Shown: positions 34,357 through 44,833, counted from the first letter of the stretch. The stretch is 64,000 nucleotides of DNA from Burkholderiales bacterium (GCA_021299735.1 JAJTEM010000016.1:63479-127478); one strand, 5' to 3'. Notes: generated by a model from the sequence alone, not told the origin. A program made the numbers and translations.

Positions 34357-37300
34357 GACTTAACCTCATCGCTTTTTAAACTGGCTTGGTATTCCTCAAG
34401 CTCCTTGTCGAGCAACTCGGCTGCGTGGGCCCTAGGCTTCATGAATGGCGCTATGAAACTGTATCCCATGGGCGCAAGGTACAGAGTAAACAAAGTAGAC
34501 AAACCCAAGCCACCCAAAACAACCCAGGCGATTGCCTCACGTGCTTCTGCACCTGGGCCTGAAGTAAGAACCAAGGGCAATACACCCAATAAGGTCGACA
34601 GCACAGTCATCGCAATTGGGCGCAACCGCATGCGCGCTCCCTCTCGAATGGCCGATTCAATGCTGTGCCCCTCATCACGAAGCTGGTCCATCAATTCAAC
34701 CAGCAAAATTGCATTCTTGGTCATCAAACCAATCAGCAAAACCAAACCAATCTGGCTGAACAAATTCAACGACTGGTTGGTAAGCAACAAAGCAAACACT
34801 GCTGCTGCCAAACCAAACGGCACAGTGAACATCACCACCAAAGCACTACCAACGCTCTCGAACTGCGCGGCCAACACCAGAAACACCACAATCAATGCCA
34901 CAGCAAAGGTAATCAACATTTCATTGGAAGTTTCTTCAAGGGTGGCCGCCTCGCCCAGAAAAATCAAAGTTGCTTTGGCGGGCAAGGTGTTTTCAGCAAC
35001 TGCGCGTATTTGCTGCATGGTAGTACCCAGGTCGGTACCTGGTGGTATGCCAATATTCAACTCCACTGCCCTGCGCTGTGCGTGGCGATCCAGTTCGGCT
35101 GCTACACCTCGTTCTTGTACCTTAATCATTGAAGCCAATGGTACAAGCTGGCCAGTGTTGGTACTGGTGTATATATTCAACAAATCAAGGGGTGAGTTGA
35201 GGCTCCCATTGCTTGAACCCAGCATTACCGGCACGGCCTGATCCTTAACACTTAAATCTAACAGCTGATACTCATCGGCCATAATTTGCAAAGTTTGGGT
35301 AATACGGTTAACTGGCACTTGCAAATCGCTGGCCTTCTCGCGATCAATTTCAAAGCCAAGTTCAGGCTGTGAGGTGTCGTATTGAACGCGAACATCTTGT
35401 ACTGCATCAATCTGCTTGATCAAGGCATCAGCCAGCGCGTCTGCCGAGTTCGCCAGCTCATCATAATCATCGCCCAACAGTGCAATTTGCAAACCGCCGC
35501 CGCCACCGCGAATATTCAAACTGCTTTCATTTTGAAAACGTACTTGCGCACCCGGAATACTCGAGAGTTCTTTGCTTAGTTTTGCTGCCAGTTCTTGCTG
35601 GGTAGTATCGCGTTCACTCCAGTCGGCCAAATTGGCTTGAATGGCCACACGGTTTTTGTCGTATCGACCCACAATCGTGAACATATCGGTGATCAAGCCT
35701 TGTTCTTGATAAGGCCTCATGATGTTTTCTGCAATTTGCCCTTGCCGGCCACTGTATTCCAGCGAGGCCCCATCAGGCCCTGTGAAATCAACCACCAAAC
35801 GGCCCCTGTCCTCGGGCGGGACCAGCTCTTGGCTTAACAAGGTGAATGCAACTCCACCCGCAGCAGCAACACCCACAAATACAAACAAAAACAACAGGCG
35901 ATGTTTCAAGAAACCTTCAAGTGTACGGAAGTACGTGTTGGCAATTCTGTCACCAAAAATTTCGAGTGAACCAAGTAATTTTGCTGTGCGCCCTGTCACG
36001 GGTACATCGTCTTTCAACAGCTTTGCAGCCAGCATGGGGCACAAACTCAAGGCGACAAACGTGCCGATAATTACTGACATGGACAAGACCATGCCAAATT
36101 CGCGGAAGAGCCGCCCCGTTTCACCGGGTAAAAAAGCGATTGGCAGAAACACAGCCACCAAAGAAGCGGTGGTGGCTATAACAGCAAAGAAAACCTGCTG
36201 TGTGCCCAACACCGAAGCCACGGTAATGCTTTCACCCAGTTTTTTGCGGCGCTGAATGTTTTCAAGCACAACAATCGCGTCGTCGACAATCAAACCTGTA
36301 GCCAACACAAGAGCAAGCAAGGTAAGCATGTTGACCGAAAAACCGACCAACCAAATTGCAGCCAAAGTACCCACCAGCGATACTGGCATCGTTACCGCTG
36401 GAATCAGTACCGCTTTCCACTGTCCAAGAAACAAAGCAATAACTACAAGCACAACCACAACGGCAAACACCAAAGACATCAATACCTCTTGCAAAGCGCC
36501 TTTGATAAATACCGAATCGTCGGAAATCATGATGATCTGCAAGTCTTTAGACTGAGCATTAATTTCGGCCATGCGCTTTTTAACATCCGTGGCAATCGCG
36601 ATCGTATTACCGCCAGCTTGGCGCAGCACGCCCATACCCACCACTGCCCTGCCATTCAGCAGAGAATACGATTCTGCGGACATGGGGCCGTAGTAAACGT
36701 CGGCAACATCCCGAATTCGCACGCCATTTTTTATCAAGATAGAATTAATCGCTTCGGTGTCAATGGTGGAAGCATTTGCACGCACCAACAACTCTTGCTT
36801 GCCTGACAAATAACTGCCCGCGGGCACATCAAGGTCCATGGTTTCCAGGCTGGCCAACACGTCGGTGGCCACCATGCCATACCTGGCCAGTTTGGCGGGG
36901 TCGAGCAGCACACGCAAAACTCGCGGCTGGCTTCCGTTCAAGGGTACATCGGCCACGCCATTGATAGAAACAAAAGCGGGAACCAAATCGCGCTCAACAC
37001 GTTCGGCCAAGTCCTGCACTGCCAGGGTATTGCTATACACCGCCAGCTGAACCACAGGCCGCGCATTGTCATCTGCCTTGATCACCAGCAGTTGGTCAAG
37101 GTTTTCCGGCAATTGATTGGTAATTCGACTAACCGCCTCACGCACATCGTTGGCGGCCACATTCACATCTACATCGGGTGAAAACTCCATACGCACGCGC
37201 ATATTGTTTTCTTCACTAGAGCTTTGAATGCGCAACACGCCGGCAACCCGGGCAACAGCCCCTTCTACCTTTGACGTTACTTCTGCATCCATGGTTGTGG

Positions 37301-37481
37301 GCGATGCGCCTTGATACACCGCACGAACCAATACAACCGGTCTGTCGATGTCGGGCAGTTCACGCACCTCTACGCCAAACATGCTGACAACGCCAGCCAA
37401 CATAATCAACAGATTGAGCACCACAATCAAAACGGGTCTTTTCAAACCCAATGCGGTTAAACCGTCCTTTGCGCTGCTCAT
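34353..37481 (-). CDS. RND efflux permease (AcrB/HAE family)
   Basis: The 1042-aa product has 12 TM segments and two large periplasmic loops, with typical RND sequence throughout. Confidence 0.95.
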   Translation of the reverse strand: MSSAKDGLTALGLKRPVLIVVLNLLIMLAGVVSMFGVEVRELPDIDRPVVLVRAVYQGASPTTMDAEVTSKVEGAVARVAGVLRIQSSSEENNMRVRMEFSPDVDVNVAANDVREAVSRITNQLPENLDQLLVIKADDNARPVVQLAVYSNTLAVQDLAERVERDLVPAFVSINGVADVPLNGSQPRVLRVLLDPAKLARYGMVATDVLASLETMDLDVPAGSYLSGKQELLVRANASTIDTEAINSILIKNGVRIRDVADVYYGPMSAESYSLLNGRAVVGMGVLRQAGGNTIAIATDVKKRMAEINAQSKDLQIIMISDDSVFIKGALQEVLMSLVFAVVVVLVVIALFLGQWKAVLIPAVTMPVSLVGTLAAIWLVGFSVNMLTLLALVLATGLIVDDAIVVLENIQRRKKLGESITVASVLGTQQVFFAVIATTASLVAVFLPIAFLPGETGRLFREFGMVLSMSVIIGTFVALSLCPMLAAKLLKDDVPVTGRTAKLLGSLEIFGDRIANTYFRTLEGFLKHRLLFLFVFVGVAAAGGVAFTLLSQELVPPEDRGRLVVDFTGPDGASLEYSGRQGQIAENIMRPYQEQGLITDMFTIVGRYDKNRVAIQANLADWSERDTTQQELAAKLSKELSSIPGAQVRFQNESSLNIRGGGGGLQIALLGDDYDELANSADALADALIKQIDAVQDVRVQYDTSQPELGFEIDREKASDLQVPVNRITQTLQIMADEYQLLDLSVKDQAVPVMLGSSNGSLNSPLDLLNIYTSTNTGQLVPLASMIKVQERGVAAELDRHAQRRAVELNIGIPPGTDLGTTMQQIRAVAENTLPAKATLIFLGEAATLEETSNEMLITFAVALIVVFLVLAAQFESVGSALVVMFTVPFGLAAAVFALLLTNQSLNLFSQIGLVLLIGLMTKNAILLVELMDQLRDEGHSIESAIREGARMRLRPIAMTVLSTLLGVLPLVLTSGPGAEAREAIAWVVLGGLGLSTLFTLYLAPMGYSFIAPFMKPRAHAAELLDKELEEYQASLKSDEVKS

Positions 37482-38614
37482 TGCAAGGGGTCCTCTACCT
37501 GCTCCACGGCGATGCCTTCCGAAAGCCGTAAACCACCTTCGATCACAACAATTTCACCTTCCTTGATATTGCCCTCAAGAAATACCCTGCCCTGGCGGCG
37601 ATCGGCCACACGGACGTTTTCACGGTCGGCTTTTCCGTCTCGAATCATCCAGACATAGGAGCCCTCTCGATCCCATTGCAGAGCAATTTCGGGCACCGAG
37701 GCCAATATTTGCCCCCTGACAGCCATTTGCACAGCGAACGACATACCAGGGCGCAACACATCATCCGGATTATTGATATTTGCCCGAACCCGCAACGATC
37801 TTTTTTCAGCATTCAAGCGACTGTCCAAGGCAACGACACGCGCCTGGAATTGCTTGCCCGGTACGGATGGTGTGCTGGCAATCAACTGAATTTGATCCAT
37901 GTTGCTGGTGTTCAATTGACTCACCAAAGCTTCTGGCACATCAAAATCCACGTAAATAATTTCGCGGGAATCAATGCCTGTAATCAGTACACCTGGGCCT
38001 ATACGCTGGCCTGGGTCAATGTCAGTAATGCCTACCACACCAGAAAAAGGAGCTCGAATTTGATGCCTGGATATTGCGAGCCTGGCTTGATCAACTGCAA
38101 CCTGTGCAGCTTCAAAATCAGCTTGAGCTGAATCAACCTGTGTTTGTGGCACTGCACCTTTGCCAACTGCCTGTTTGTACCTGTCCAACAGGCTTTTCGT
38201 ATTTTTCAGTTGGACCTCAGCAAGCCGAAGCGCCAACTGTTCTTCACGGTCGTCTTGTTGAACCAGCAAATCGCCCTTATTCACTCTCTGCTGCGGTTTA
38301 AACAACACTTTGGTGACCTTTTCATCAACAATCGCAAACACTTCTGCTGATTTGTCAGCCCAGCCAGTAGCAACAGCACCGAACGAACTTGCTGTCGACT
38401 CCAGTTTAACCACCTCGACCAATACCTTGGGCGAAGCACCCTTACCTCCCTGTTTGGGCATGTCCAAGGGCCTGTTACCTACAAAAGTTGGGGAAAATGA
38501 ATAGGTCACCCCAGCAATTAACAAGAAGACAAATAAATAAACCAGACGTTTGATCAAGCCGAGCGCTCCACTGCATTTGCGACGGAAAAGGTTATCACGT
38601 AAGAAAGTACTCAC
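37478..38614 (-). CDS. RND efflux periplasmic adaptor (membrane fusion protein)
   Basis: The 378-aa product has an N-terminal anchor, a coiled-coil hairpin, and lipoyl and beta-barrel regions. It begins at a GTG and overlaps the RND gene by 4 bp. Confidence 0.9.
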   Translation of the reverse strand: MSTFLRDNLFRRKCSGALGLIKRLVYLFVFLLIAGVTYSFSPTFVGNRPLDMPKQGGKGASPKVLVEVVKLESTASSFGAVATGWADKSAEVFAIVDEKVTKVLFKPQQRVNKGDLLVQQDDREEQLALRLAEVQLKNTKSLLDRYKQAVGKGAVPQTQVDSAQADFEAAQVAVDQARLAISRHQIRAPFSGVVGITDIDPGQRIGPGVLITGIDSREIIYVDFDVPEALVSQLNTSNMDQIQLIASTPSVPGKQFQARVVALDSRLNAEKRSLRVRANINNPDDVLRPGMSFAVQMAVRGQILASVPEIALQWDREGSYVWMIRDGKADRENVRVADRRQGRVFLEGNIKEGEIVVIEGGLRLSEGIAVEQVEDPLQ

Positions 38615-38719
38615 AAGGAGACTCTTGTGCAGTAAATAAGTTCGGATATCCCCTGGTTGATGGGGAATGCAGTGAAGAAAGGATTCAGGAGCAAAACTTA
38701 GGCCTGAGGCCCGAAAACA

Positions 38720-38926
38720 TCAGTCGTCAGAATCTTCGTCGTCGCTAACAGCATCAATACCAGCCTCGACCACTGCGCCAGTGACTTTAATGCCGGTAGA
38801 CACAACCGCACCAGTAATAGAAATGGCCGCACCAGCAGTTGCACTGACCACCGCACACCCTTGAATGGTAGACAGCACAACAACCGCTAGCGAGAAGAGA
38901 ACTGCCTTGTTCAAGATTAAAGCCAT
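38720..38926 (-). CDS. small (68 aa) putative lipoprotein with Gly/Ala/Val repeat and acidic tail
   Basis: The start is ATG 38926, preceded by AAGG. The signal/lipobox is MALILNKAVLFSLAVVVLSTIQG/C. The mature part is AVVSATAGAAISITGAVVSTGIKVTGAVVEAGIDAVSDDEDSDD. The longer ORF start at 38944 falls inside the tRNA terminator. Confidence 0.55.
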   Translation of the reverse strand: MALILNKAVLFSLAVVVLSTIQGCAVVSATAGAAISITGAVVSTGIKVTGAVVEAGIDAVSDDEDSDD

Positions 38927-38940
38927 ATTACCTTGCTGCC

Positions 38941-38982
38941 GCAAATGAAAAACGCTTCTGACCCTTTGAGCCAGAAGCGTTT
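38941..38982 (-). terminator. rho-independent terminator of the tRNA-Ala/tRNA-Glu operon
   Basis: There is a perfect 11-bp inverted repeat, aaacgcttctg (38950-38960) paired with cagaagcgttt (38972-38982). A T-rich tract follows on the minus strand. Confidence 0.7.
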
Positions 38983-38993
38983 ATTGCCAAATT

Positions 38994-39069
38994 TGGCATC
39001 CCCAACCGGATTCGAACCGGTGTTACCGCCGTGAAAGGGCGGTGTCCTAGGCCTCTAGACGATGGGGAC
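38994..39069 (-). tRNA. tRNA-Glu (anticodon UUC), CCA encoded
   Basis: The reverse complement is GTCCCCATCGTCTAGAGGCCTAGGACACCGCCCTTTCACGGCGGTAACACCGGTTCGAATCCGGTTGGGGATGCCA. It folds as a cloverleaf with anticodon loop CTTTCAC and is near-identical in layout to enterobacterial tRNA-Glu. Confidence 0.95.
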
Positions 39070-39085
39070 CTAAAATCGTGTGCTT

Positions 39086-39161
<76 letters not shown>

Positions 39162-39176
39162 TAAGCGAAGACCGAG

Positions 39177-39205
39177 ATTATTATTTATTTCGCCCAACTT
39201 GTCAA
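39177..39205 (-). promoter_or_regulatory. sigma70-type promoter of the tRNA operon with an AT-rich UP-like element upstream
   Basis: The minus strand reads TTGACA (39205-39200), a 17-nt spacer, then AATAAT (39182-39177), about 15 nt before the tRNA-Ala 5' end. An A/T-rich tract at 39206-39250 lies upstream. Confidence 0.6.
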
Positions 39206-39350
39206 CAGCTTGTTGAAACTTTTTAAACAAAACTTTTAAATCTTTTTGCCTTCTGCCTGCATTGCCTCAGCAATTTGAGCAGCCAGAATTATACACATAT
39301 TTGTCGGTTACACTGCAAGAAGTTTTTTAAAAAAATAGAAGCAAACACAA

Positions 39351-39914
39351 ATGAAATACTGCAGCACATGTGGCACCCCCCTTGAAAAGAAAATTCCTGT
39401 CGGCGACAACAGGGAGCGCAGTTGTTGCCCCGGGTGCGGCGCAGTTCATTACATCAATCCAAAAATTGTGGTCGGCACTATTCCAACCTACCAAGGCAAA
39501 GTGTTGCTTTGCAAAAGGGCCATAGAACCACGTTATGGATTTTGGACATTACCCGCTGGCTTCATGGAGCTGAACGAAACCACTCATCAAGGCGCAACTC
39601 GAGAAACCTGGGAAGAAGCCGGTGCAAAAGTCCAGCTGGGCCCATTGTTTACGATGTTCGATGTTATTCGAGCGGAACAAGTACACATATTTTTCCGAGC
39701 AGAAATGTCAAGCTCGACCTTTTGTGCAGGTGAAGAAAGCCTGGACGTGAAACTGTTTGCAGAGGAAGAAATTCCTTGGGATGAACTGGCTTTCAAAACC
39801 GTTTCAAAAACATTGACGCTTTTTTTTACGGACCGGAAAGCCGGGCGCTACACGCTGCACACGGGCGACGTATTCGATCACACCGACTGGACTGATTCAC
39901 AGTTCAAGGCTTGA
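39351..39914 (+). CDS. NUDIX hydrolase with N-terminal zinc ribbon
   Basis: The N-terminus has CSTCG...CPGCG. The Nudix box is GFMELNETTHQGATRETWEEAGA. Confidence 0.9.
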   Translation: MKYCSTCGTPLEKKIPVGDNRERSCCPGCGAVHYINPKIVVGTIPTYQGKVLLCKRAIEPRYGFWTLPAGFMELNETTHQGATRETWEEAGAKVQLGPLFTMFDVIRAEQVHIFFRAEMSSSTFCAGEESLDVKLFAEEEIPWDELAFKTVSKTLTLFFTDRKAGRYTLHTGDVFDHTDWTDSQFKA

Positions 39915-40642
39915 TGACAAAAACCACCATTCCCTGGCTGAATTCCCCGAGCGAATTCCCCAGCACCACGCAAGCACTGGATTACCCAGCTGGGTTGCTG
40001 GCGGCTAGTATAGACATTAACGCAGACTGGCTTGAAGCAAGTTACGCACGCGGCATATTTCCGTGGTACTCACAAGGTGAACCTGTGCTTTGGTGGAGCA
40101 CTTCCCCACGCGCTGTGTTGTACACCGCCGAATTCAAACTGCACCGTTCGCTGGCCAAGGCCATACGTAAAATGCAAGCCATACCAGGTAGCGTCATTCG
40201 CTTGAATACGGCATTTGAACAAGTAATGCGAGCCTGCGCTGAACCCAGATCAGGACAGGAAGGTACCTGGATTACCGAGGAAGTAATTGCAGCTTACACA
40301 ACGCTACACAAGCGCGGCTTTGCTCATTCTGTCGAGCACTGGTGTGGCGACCAATTGATCGGCGGCCTGTATTGCGTGGCCCTTGGAAAAATGGTTTACG
40401 GCGAAAGCATGTTTGCCACACAGACCGATGCATCCAAGATTGCATTCGCTCATTTTGTGTATTGGCTAAAATCACAGAATGTGTACATAATTGATTGTCA
40501 GCAGGCTACAAGGCACTTGATGTCGATGGGGGCCCGCACCGTGAGTAGAAAGGTGTTTGAGACTGAAATGGCGAATTCCATTGTGCAGCCCGCCTTGAAT
40601 TGGGAACCACAAGAACTGAAATGGACGTATGACCAGACCTAA
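39911..40642 (+). CDS. aat: leucyl/phenylalanyl-tRNA--protein transferase
   Basis: It contains [23 protein letters not shown] and GESMF, and overlaps the NUDIX gene stop by 4 bp. Confidence 0.93.
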   Translation: MMTKTTIPWLNSPSEFPSTTQALDYPAGLLAASIDINADWLEASYARGIFPWYSQGEPVLWWSTSPRAVLYTAEFKLHRSLAKAIRKMQAIPGSVIRLNTAFEQVMRACAEPRSGQEGTWITEEVIAAYTTLHKRGFAHSVEHWCGDQLIGGLYCVALGKMVYGESMFATQTDASKIAFAHFVYWLKSQNVYIIDCQQATRHLMSMGARTVSRKVFETEMANSIVQPALNWEPQELKWTYDQT

Positions 40643-41366
40643 GGAACTGCCCTTTTCCACATTACAGTTTTATTCAACTGCGCCCTATCCTTGCAGCTAT
40701 CTGGACAATCGCCTCGCCAGATCGCAGGTTGCAACCCCCAGTCATTTGATTAACGCAGATGTGTACAGCGAATTGGTGCGCATGGGTTTTCGCCGCAGCG
40801 GTCTGTTTACTTACAAGCCCCATTGTGATGGTTGCAGCTCATGCAAACCGCTTCGCCTAAAAGTGTCGCAGTTTCAAACCAACCGCAGCCAGCGACGCTG
40901 TGCGAAAGCTTTTTCAAATCTGAAACCCAGTGTACAACGCCTGCACTTCAATTCCGAACATTACGCGCTGTACCTGAAATATCAGTCAGCTCGCCACCAT
41001 GGCGGCGGCATGGATGAAGACAGCCGCGAGCAGTATTCCCAGTTTTTGCTTCAAACACGGGTGAATTCACGTTTGGTTGAGTTCCGGAACCCGGAAGGCA
41101 AGTTGGTGATGGTATCCATCATTGATATTCTCACCGATGGCCTATCGTCGGTGTACACCTTTTTCGATCCCGAGGAGCAAAGTGGCTTGGGCGTCTACGG
41201 CGTGCTGTGGCAAATCGAACAATGCCGGGACCTGGAACTTCCCTACCTTTACTTAGGCTACTGGATAAAAGAAAGCGAGAAAATGGCATACAAGGCTCGC
41301 TTTTCTTCAGCTGAAATTCTTCAAGACAATTCGTGGCAGCCTTTGGCTGAACCCAGGTCAGAATAA
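40629..41366 (+). CDS. bpt: arginyl-tRNA--protein transferase family (Bpt, Asp/Glu leucyltransferase)
   Basis: It has the ATE_N Cys motif (PCSYL...CDGCSSCKP) and the ATE_C region ([10 protein letters not shown]...YLGYWI). It overlaps aat by 14 bp. Confidence 0.9.
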   Translation: MTRPKELPFSTLQFYSTAPYPCSYLDNRLARSQVATPSHLINADVYSELVRMGFRRSGLFTYKPHCDGCSSCKPLRLKVSQFQTNRSQRRCAKAFSNLKPSVQRLHFNSEHYALYLKYQSARHHGGGMDEDSREQYSQFLLQTRVNSRLVEFRNPEGKLVMVSIIDILTDGLSSVYTFFDPEEQSGLGVYGVLWQIEQCRDLELPYLYLGYWIKESEKMAYKARFSSAEILQDNSWQPLAEPRSE

Positions 41367-41430
41367 GCACCCTATTTCCCCGCTACAATGCTGGCTTGCC
41401 CACACAAATTACCATTGTTCAAGAACCGCC

Positions 41431-42480
41431 ATGCTTCTGCCCTATTCGCTAGTTCGCCCCGCCTTGTTTTACCTCGATCCCGAGAAAGCTCACCACGTTA
41501 CGTTCAGCAATCTTCAGATGCTTCGCAAGCTCGGTTTGTTGAAATTTTTTTCGCCCCAGGCGGTAGCCGATCCGGTGAGCGTCATGGGCATCGACTTCCC
41601 AAACCGGGTGGGTTTGGCTGCCGGCCTGGACAAAGATGCAGCCTACATTAGCGAGCTTGGGCTAATGGGCTTTGGCTTTCTCGAAGTTGGCACGGTCACA
41701 CCCAAGCCACAGCCAGGCAACCCTCAACCACGCTTGTTTCGCTTGCCCAAAGCCAATGCGCTAATTAACCGCATGGGCTTTAACAATGAAGGAGTGGACA
41801 CACTTATAAAGAACGTAAAAACGAGTAATTACCCGGGCGTATTGGGCATAAACATTGGAAAAAATGCGGTAACACCAGTTGAAAATGCGGCCGATGATTA
41901 CCTGGCTGCACTCGAGGCGGTGTACCCCTACGCAACCTACATTACGGTAAACATTTCTTCGCCAAACACCAAAAACCTGCGCGATCTTCAGGGTGGCGAT
42001 AGCCTGGACATTTTGCTGAGCTCGCTAAAAGAAAAACAAAAGGCGCTGGCCGATGAGCACGGTCTATACAAGCCAATGGCCTTGAAAATTGCGCCTGATC
42101 TGGATGATGATCAAATTGATGCAATTGCCAAGCGACTTACCCATTTTGGTTTTGACGGCGTTATTGCAACCAACACCACAATCGACAAAACCAGCGTGGC
42201 ACACCTTGAGCACGGCGAAGAACAAGGAGGTTTAAGCGGTTCACCGGTACTTGAAAAATCAACCCATGTGATCAAACGCCTGTATTCAGAGCTTGGCGAC
42301 GACATTCCAATCATCGGCGTGGGTGGTATTTCCAGTGGCGAACATGCCGTGGAAAAAATTCGCGCTGGTGCAAAGCTGGTTCAAATTTATACAGGCCTTA
42401 TTTATAAAGGCCCAGAACTGGTGACCGAATGTGCGGCCACCATTCGCGTAAATTGCAAACCACACATGATGAAGAAATAA
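41431..42480 (+). CDS. pyrD: dihydroorotate dehydrogenase (quinone), class 2
   Basis: The 349-aa product contains GFNNEG, NISSPNT and GVGGI. Confidence 0.96.
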   Translation: MLLPYSLVRPALFYLDPEKAHHVTFSNLQMLRKLGLLKFFSPQAVADPVSVMGIDFPNRVGLAAGLDKDAAYISELGLMGFGFLEVGTVTPKPQPGNPQPRLFRLPKANALINRMGFNNEGVDTLIKNVKTSNYPGVLGINIGKNAVTPVENAADDYLAALEAVYPYATYITVNISSPNTKNLRDLQGGDSLDILLSSLKEKQKALADEHGLYKPMALKIAPDLDDDQIDAIAKRLTHFGFDGVIATNTTIDKTSVAHLEHGEEQGGLSGSPVLEKSTHVIKRLYSELGDDIPIIGVGGISSGEHAVEKIRAGAKLVQIYTGLIYKGPELVTECAATIRVNCKPHMMKK

Positions 42481-42556
42481 GACAAACCGGCCTTTCTCAA
42501 GCTGAGATCATGCCGACCTCCGGCTAGATTCAGGCCGGTTTCAATTTTTCAGTCGC

Positions 42557-43966
42557 TTAACCTTTTTTACGCCGCTGATACAAATTCGAAAATGTTTCAC
42601 CCGTAGGTACAGGGAAATCTCGTTGACCTGTCCAGCCACTGGCACCGGGCAAACTGTGAATGCCACCCTTGCGTTTGCCCCACCAGGCCATGGCCTTGAT
42701 GCCGATACGCGACAACACCCGGTACAAAGCGGGCCGCTGCGCCACAAAAGCCCACACTTTAAATGCCGCCTTTTCTTGCCATGGTCGCAAACCACGTGAG
42801 AATTGTTGCTCTCGCAGTTTACGGAGCAAATCGGGCAATGGAATTTTCACGGGGCACACCACATGGCATTCGCCACACAAAGTAGCGGCTTGCGGCAAAT
42901 CTAGCGCTTTTTCTATACCGGTGTAACTGGGCGTAAGCACCGACCCCATAGGGCCAGGGTAAACCCAACCGTAAGCATGGCCACCAATTTTTTGATAAAC
43001 CGGGCAGTGGTTCATGCAGGCACCACACTTGATGCAGCGAAGCATTTCTTCGAACTCACCACCCAGCAGACCGGTGCGGCCTCCATCAAGAATGACAAAA
43101 TACATGTGCTCGGGGCCATCCAGGTCCCCGTCCCGCTTCGGGCCAGTTAACAAAGACACATAATTGGAAATACTTTGCCCAGTGGCAGAGCGTGGCAGCA
43201 AGCGAATCAGCGTAGCAAAGTCTTCGAGTGTAGGCACTACCTTTTCAACGCCTGTAATGGCTACATGCACGCGGGGGTTAATGGTGCACATGCCCTCATT
43301 CCCCTCGTTGGTGACCAAGGCCACTGAACCGGTTTCAGCAATAATGAAGTTGCCGCCAGTAACGCCCATGTCGGCAGCCAAAAACTGGGGGCGCAAAATT
43401 TCACGTGCCTCGCGGGTCATTTCGGCAATATCAGTTTTGCGGGGCAAATGGTGGTGCTTTTCAAACAGATCGGCCACCTGTTCTTTGTCTTTGTGCACCA
43501 CTGGCGCAATAATGTGGCTGGGTCGCTCGTTGTCATTGATCTGAAGAATATACTCGCCCAGGTCTGTTTCACGTACTTTTACATCGGCTGCCTCAAGCGC
43601 TTTGTTCAGCGCCATTTCTTCGGTCACCATCGACTTCGATTTGATCACCGATTTCACTTCGTGCTTCTTGGCAATTTTCACTACCAGCTGCGCAGCCTCC
43701 TGCGGCGTGCGTGCAAACAAAACTTTTGCACCGGTTTCTGCCGCCTTTTGCTCAAACAACTCCAACCACACATCCAGGTTTTTAATGCTCCGGTTGCGAA
43801 TTTCAACAGCAGCAGATCGAGTGCCCTCGAAATCCTCAAGTTCAAGAATACTGGTGGCCCTGGCATTCACGAATTTAGATGACAGGCGTTTCAGGTTTTC
43901 CTGCAAGCGCGGGTCGTTCAGTTTCTCACTGGCCTTGCGCTCAAAAAACATGCTTTGTACTTGCAT
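42557..43966 (-). CDS. lutB: LutB/YkgF-type iron-sulfur L-lactate utilisation protein
   Basis: It has 4Fe-4S ferredoxin motifs CIKCGACMNHCP and CGECHVCP, an N-terminal LUD domain and a DUF3390-like C-terminus. Confidence 0.88.
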   Translation of the reverse strand: MQVQSMFFERKASEKLNDPRLQENLKRLSSKFVNARATSILELEDFEGTRSAAVEIRNRSIKNLDVWLELFEQKAAETGAKVLFARTPQEAAQLVVKIAKKHEVKSVIKSKSMVTEEMALNKALEAADVKVRETDLGEYILQINDNERPSHIIAPVVHKDKEQVADLFEKHHHLPRKTDIAEMTREAREILRPQFLAADMGVTGGNFIIAETGSVALVTNEGNEGMCTINPRVHVAITGVEKVVPTLEDFATLIRLLPRSATGQSISNYVSLLTGPKRDGDLDGPEHMYFVILDGGRTGLLGGEFEEMLRCIKCGACMNHCPVYQKIGGHAYGWVYPGPMGSVLTPSYTGIEKALDLPQAATLCGECHVVCPVKIPLPDLLRKLREQQFSRGLRPWQEKAAFKVWAFVAQRPALYRVLSRIGIKAMAWWGKRKGGIHSLPGASGWTGQRDFPVPTGETFSNLYQRRKKG

Positions 43967-43983
43967 GGTGTTACTGCCCTACT

Positions 43984-44724
43984 TTAAATTTGACCTGGCT
44001 TGCGGCCAGTGAGTAATTCGGCCACATGCAACACCTGTGTGGTGTCGCCCATGCGGCGCAAACGGCCCTCAATATTCAGCATGCAACCCAGGTCGCCCAG
44101 CACAACGGCCTGTGCACCAGTGGCCTGCACCTGCTCGCATTTGTCAGTACAAATTGCACTGGAAACCTCGCCGTACTTCAAGGCGAAGGTGCCTCCAAAA
44201 CCGCAGCATTGCCGGCTGTCTTTCATTTCAAGAATTTCAACTCCACCCATTTTGCCTATTAGAGTGCGAGGTTGCTTCTGCACACCCAACTCTCGAAGTC
44301 CGCTGCAAGAATCGTGATAGGTGACCTGCTTAAGCTCACTAACCCCAAGTTTAACCTTGTCTACACCCAGCACGTTCACCAAAAAATCCGTAAGTTCATA
44401 GGTGCGTGCTGCCAATCGAGCTGCGCGCATTTTCAGGTCAGGGTCGTTCTTGAAAACTTCCGTGTAATGAACCTTGGCCATGCCTGCGCAAGAACCTGAT
44501 GGCGCCACCACATAATCAAACTGCTCGAATTCAGCCATCCATTTTTGAGCAAGCTTGTGCGTACTTTTTAAATCACCTGAATTCCAAGCAGGTTGGCCAC
44601 AACAGGTTTGGGCCTGAGGAACCACCACTTCACAACCGGCAGATTCCAGCAATTGGATGGTTGAAAAACCAATAGATGGCCGCATTGAATCAACAAGGCA
44701 GGTAACAAACAAACCGACGCGCAA
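43984..44724 (-). CDS. lutA: LutA/YkgE-type (Fe-S) CCG-domain oxidoreductase
   Basis: The N-terminus is MRVGLFVTCLVD (TTG start). It has two CCG motifs (CCGQP, CCGFGG). Confidence 0.88.
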   Translation of the reverse strand: MRVGLFVTCLVDSMRPSIGFSTIQLLESAGCEVVVPQAQTCCGQPAWNSGDLKSTHKLAQKWMAEFEQFDYVVAPSGSCAGMAKVHYTEVFKNDPDLKMRAARLAARTYELTDFLVNVLGVDKVKLGVSELKQVTYHDSCSGLRELGVQKQPRTLIGKMGGVEILEMKDSRQCCGFGGTFALKYGEVSSAICTDKCEQVQATGAQAVVLGDLGCMLNIEGRLRRMGDTTQVLHVAELLTGRKPGQI

Positions 44725-44789
44725 GGCATTTCCCCAAAGTATTCATAAAACCTCCCAAGTGTATGCAGCAGGCTGTTTCCAGGCCAGTA

Positions 44790-44833
44790 GTGATAACCAT
44801 AACGAGTGACGTATTTCACGATATGGTTTACAC
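44790..44833. promoter_or_regulatory. candidate operator: imperfect inverted repeat in the lutA / iclR divergent intergenic region
   Basis: GTGATAACCATA (44790-44801) and TATGGTTTACAC (44822-44833) match as an inverted repeat at 10 of 12 positions. The 20-nt spacer contains GTGAC-GTAT-TTCAC. Confidence 0.3.

Noticed and set aside
42484-42541. A long-range 9-bp stem (aaaccggcc / ggccggttt) enclosing 40 nt between pyrD and lutB.
   Set aside because: It could be a terminator with an internal hairpin, but the loop is too large to call with confidence. I did not list it as a feature.
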